NCBI GenBank assembly: GCA_905235775.1
Contig: CAJOMY010000001.1
Location: 1 to 43,645, forward strand
DNA: 43,645 bases
Direction: 5' to 3'
Source of the DNA: an uncultured Bacteroidales bacterium
GTDB taxonomy: Bacteria; Bacteroidota; Bacteroidia; Bacteroidales; UBA932
In this document: positions 41,306 to 43,645 of the stretch, one piece after another
Position numbering within the stretch: the first letter of the stretch is position 1
How the letters are laid out: every line of letters starts with the position of its first letter
Position numbers and translations under genes: made by a program
Notes under the pieces: model-generated
Database searches by the model: none
Told to the model about the DNA's origin: nothing
The model's input: only the letters and a program-made list of their open reading frames with translations

Positions 41306-43161
41306 CCGCGTGCCTCCGTTGCGCTGGCCGCTCTCTGGCGCGCCTTCGCCGTCACGCCGCTCTCGCCGCCCGCCGCGTCCAGGCTCGGCGTCATCCCGCC
41401 CGGCACGGCTGCCGTCTGCTGTGCGTCAAGCCCCATCGCCGCGGCCATCTGCGGGACGGCCTCGGGCTCGTACTTCTGCAGCAGGGCGAGCACAAGCTGC
41501 TGCGTCTGCTGCAGCATTTGCAGGAGCGTCCCGTTCTGCGCAATGTGCTGCATCACGTCGTCCTTGCCCTCGAAATCCATCATGTCCAGGCAGGCGAGCG
41601 CCGCCGTCGCCATCTCCGGGGCGAAGAAGCCCGCGCTGTAGAGCTGCAGCGCCAGCTCGTTCTGCGCCGTCCGGGTGTAGGCGTTGCGCTTTTGCACCCT
41701 GACCTTGATATCGTAAAGCGGCGTCACCGTGCCCATGCTCACGCTGCCGTATGCCACTTCCCGCGGCAGCATCGGCGCGTTGGAGACCTCGGCAAAGGCC
41801 TGCTGTCCCAAATCCCCGGTGATGCGGAAGGTGCGCGGCGTGGTGTAAAACTGGCGGATGAGCTCGATGCACATCTCGATCATCCTGCTGTACGCCCGGT
41901 AACTCGCCTGCGTCATGTCGCGGCTGGTCTTGCCGCTGGCCTCCTGCAGCGCGGCAATGGCGGAGGCCGCCGTCACGCCGGAGGCCGGCACGCCGTTCGC
42001 GGTCTCGGTGTTGCCGCTCGTCTGCCGCAGCTCGTCGATCTTGCGGTCGTAGAGGTTGAGATAGGTGCCGCCCAGCGGCTTATAGTCCACGACGCGCATC
42101 TGCATCTCGTCCAGCGAGGCGGCGGAGACCTTGACAAACGGCTTTTGCAGGTTGAGGAAGTCCTTCTCGTTTACGCCGCCGTCCGTCCGGACAAAATAGC
42201 GTGGCGTCGCGCCGACAAGGGCGTTTTTAGTAAAGGCCGTGTCCAGCATGTCGAGCTGCGTCTGCGGGTTCTGGCACAGATCCACGTAGCCGTATCCGCA
42301 GGGGCTCCCCTCGATAGGCCACAGCGCATCGAACACGAAGGGATAGAGCCCGTGATCATAAATCCCGCCCTGCCCGGCGTTTTCGGTGGAATAGAGGATC
42401 TCGTCGCCGACGTACTTGCAGTAATGCAGCACATCCTGCCCGCCTGTTTTGACCTTGTAATACACGTCGATGACCATGCTCTTGCCCGTTGTATCCACGC
42501 TGTCGTCGTACATATACCGGGTCAGGGTGTGCTTCTGGCCCTTGAGCTTGTCCTTGAGCTGCGGATACTGCAGCTCAAGCACCTCATTGTCCTGCAGCTC
42601 CACGTGGAACAGATACCGGCTCTTCTGGATATCCGTCACGCCCGGCTCCCAGAAGATGGTCAGCAGATCCACGCACTCGATTGCGATATCCCCCTGGCCG
42701 AAGGCCTTCTCCGTATCCCATCTGACCTGATAGACGCAGGTGCCGGTCTTGAGCTTCTGCCACATGGCCTTGTCGTAGGTCTCCTCAAAGTGGTTCTGCT
42801 CGAGGATGCAGGGCAGCACGTCGCTCAGCGTCTTGGCCTGCTCCCGGTCGCCGGGCTCGCGCGGCAGGATGATCGGCTCCGGGTAGTTCTCCATGGCGTC
42901 GGCGTGCTTGGAGGTTATCACATTGTGCAGCCACCCGCTTTTCGCCCGGAATCCGGCGTCCGGGTCGTTCCCGATATCCCCGTTCTTCCGCTCCTCCGTG
43001 ACATTGCGCAGCTTCCACCAGTTCTCAGCCGCCACGACGCGGCTCTCAAGGCGCTTTTTGCCGCTCTTGTACTTCTCCAGAAGCCCGTCAAATTCCAGCA
43101 GCCGCTCCTTGTCCACGGGCTGCGCCGGCTCCACCATCATCATGCTCTGCAGTTCGTCCAT
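41302..43161 (-). CDS. Portal protein
   Basis: 619 aa directly after terL; YDHGLYPFV, SGVTAASAIAALQE. Confidence 0.88.
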   Translation of the reverse strand: MDELQSMMMVEPAQPVDKERLLEFDGLLEKYKSGKKRLESRVVAAENWWKLRNVTEERKNGDIGNDPDAGFRAKSGWLHNVITSKHADAMENYPEPIILPREPGDREQAKTLSDVLPCILEQNHFEETYDKAMWQKLKTGTCVYQVRWDTEKAFGQGDIAIECVDLLTIFWEPGVTDIQKSRYLFHVELQDNEVLELQYPQLKDKLKGQKHTLTRYMYDDSVDTTGKSMVIDVYYKVKTGGQDVLHYCKYVGDEILYSTENAGQGGIYDHGLYPFVFDALWPIEGSPCGYGYVDLCQNPQTQLDMLDTAFTKNALVGATPRYFVRTDGGVNEKDFLNLQKPFVKVSAASLDEMQMRVVDYKPLGGTYLNLYDRKIDELRQTSGNTETANGVPASGVTAASAIAALQEASGKTSRDMTQASYRAYSRMIEMCIELIRQFYTTPRTFRITGDLGQQAFAEVSNAPMLPREVAYGSVSMGTVTPLYDIKVRVQKRNAYTRTAQNELALQLYSAGFFAPEMATAALACLDMMDFEGKDDVMQHIAQNGTLLQMLQQTQQLVLALLQKYEPEAVPQMAAAMGLDAQQTAAVPGGMTPSLDAAGGESGVTAKARQRAASATEARG

Positions 43162-43645
43162 TTATCTGTCACTCCTTGTGAATTGATTGAGCGGATCGCT
43201 CAGCACTTCTCTCTTCGGGGCCTCGCGCAGCGGCGTCACCGGTCTGGACATGCAGAAATAGCGCGTCTCGTCCGCGATATGGTCCTCCAGCTTGGTATCC
43301 AGGTCCTCCACCTGGTGCTCGTCGTAGAGCATCAAAGGGATGGTGCGGATAAAGCCGCTGCAGCCCTCGAAGATGTACATGCGGGCATAGCCCTCCTCGT
43401 CAAACTGCAGCCGGTAATGCACCTGCATCCAGCCCTGTATGCGCGCATTGTCGCCCGGCGTGAAGTACACGCCGCAGCGGGCCGCGGTCTCGGCGATGCT
43501 CTCCCCGCGGCTCGTGTCCCAGATAGCGGGGTCCGCCACGCCGTCGATCTCCTTCCCCCGCAGCCAGGGGTGTTCGCGCTCGATGCGGGCGATCTCCCGG
43601 AACTGTCGCTCCGGCGTCCACTTCACGCCCTCATTCGGCGTGTCT
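43162..43645 (-). CDS. terL: Terminase large subunit, 3' part (nuclease domain)
   Basis: VADPAIW, EDHIADETRYFCM; in frame with 1..1061 across the junction. Confidence 0.93.
   Translation of the reverse strand, partial: DTPNEGVKWTPERQFREIARIEREHPWLRGKEIDGVADPAIWDTSRGESIAETAARCGVYFTPGDNARIQGWMQVHYRLQFDEEGYARMYIFEGCSGFIRTIPLMLYDEHQVEDLDTKLEDHIADETRYFCMSRPVTPLREAPKREVLSDPLNQFTRSDR

Noticed and set aside
43547-43645. 99 bp terminal repeat as true virion termini
   Set aside because: It falls mid-terL and matches a typical assembler k-mer overlap; it indicates circularity only.
1-43645. Stop-codon reassignment
   Set aside because: Core genes are full length under the standard code and all three stop codons are used.

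Overview
This window is a complete, circularly permuted temperate phage genome of about 43,546 bp. Positions 1-99 repeat exactly at 43547-43645, an assembly overlap that splits terL. Gene families and a REP-like element suggest a GC-rich Clostridia (probably Oscillospiraceae-like) host. Most genes lie on the minus strand. The late region holds terS, terL, portal, a Prp-type cysteine protease, a 309 aa protein, a 3395 aa giant virion protein, scaffold, an N4-gp56-type capsid, podovirus-like tail genes (no tape measure or tail tube recognised), adhesin/fibre genes, endolysin and holins. The early region holds cro, YqaJ/RecT, a replication initiator with iterons, an adenine MTase, a PAPS-reductase-like protein and a SleB-like protein. 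A plus-strand lysogeny block (cI, ImmA-like protease, three membrane or lipoprotein genes, tyrosine integrase) ends at an attP made of a tRNA(Leu-like) 3' end with arm repeats. The most unusual items are: (i) an independently promoted nine-gene cassette between holin and attP (TM protein, HTH regulator, phased operator array, acidic peptide, papain-like peptidase, two Gln-rich proteins, Gly-rich TM/coiled-coil/CCC protein, beta-rich protein, helical protein); (ii) recurring xxQxW(D/S) boundary motifs delimiting swappable modules in the giant protein, close to a phage-encoded Prp; (iii) a D-arm-less tRNA-like element; (iv) a three-hairpin antisense sRNA; (v) a four-copy AGGCGGGGATTAA-N19/20-(-10) promoter motif. 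All protein calls come from motif recognition by eye; no database searches were run.
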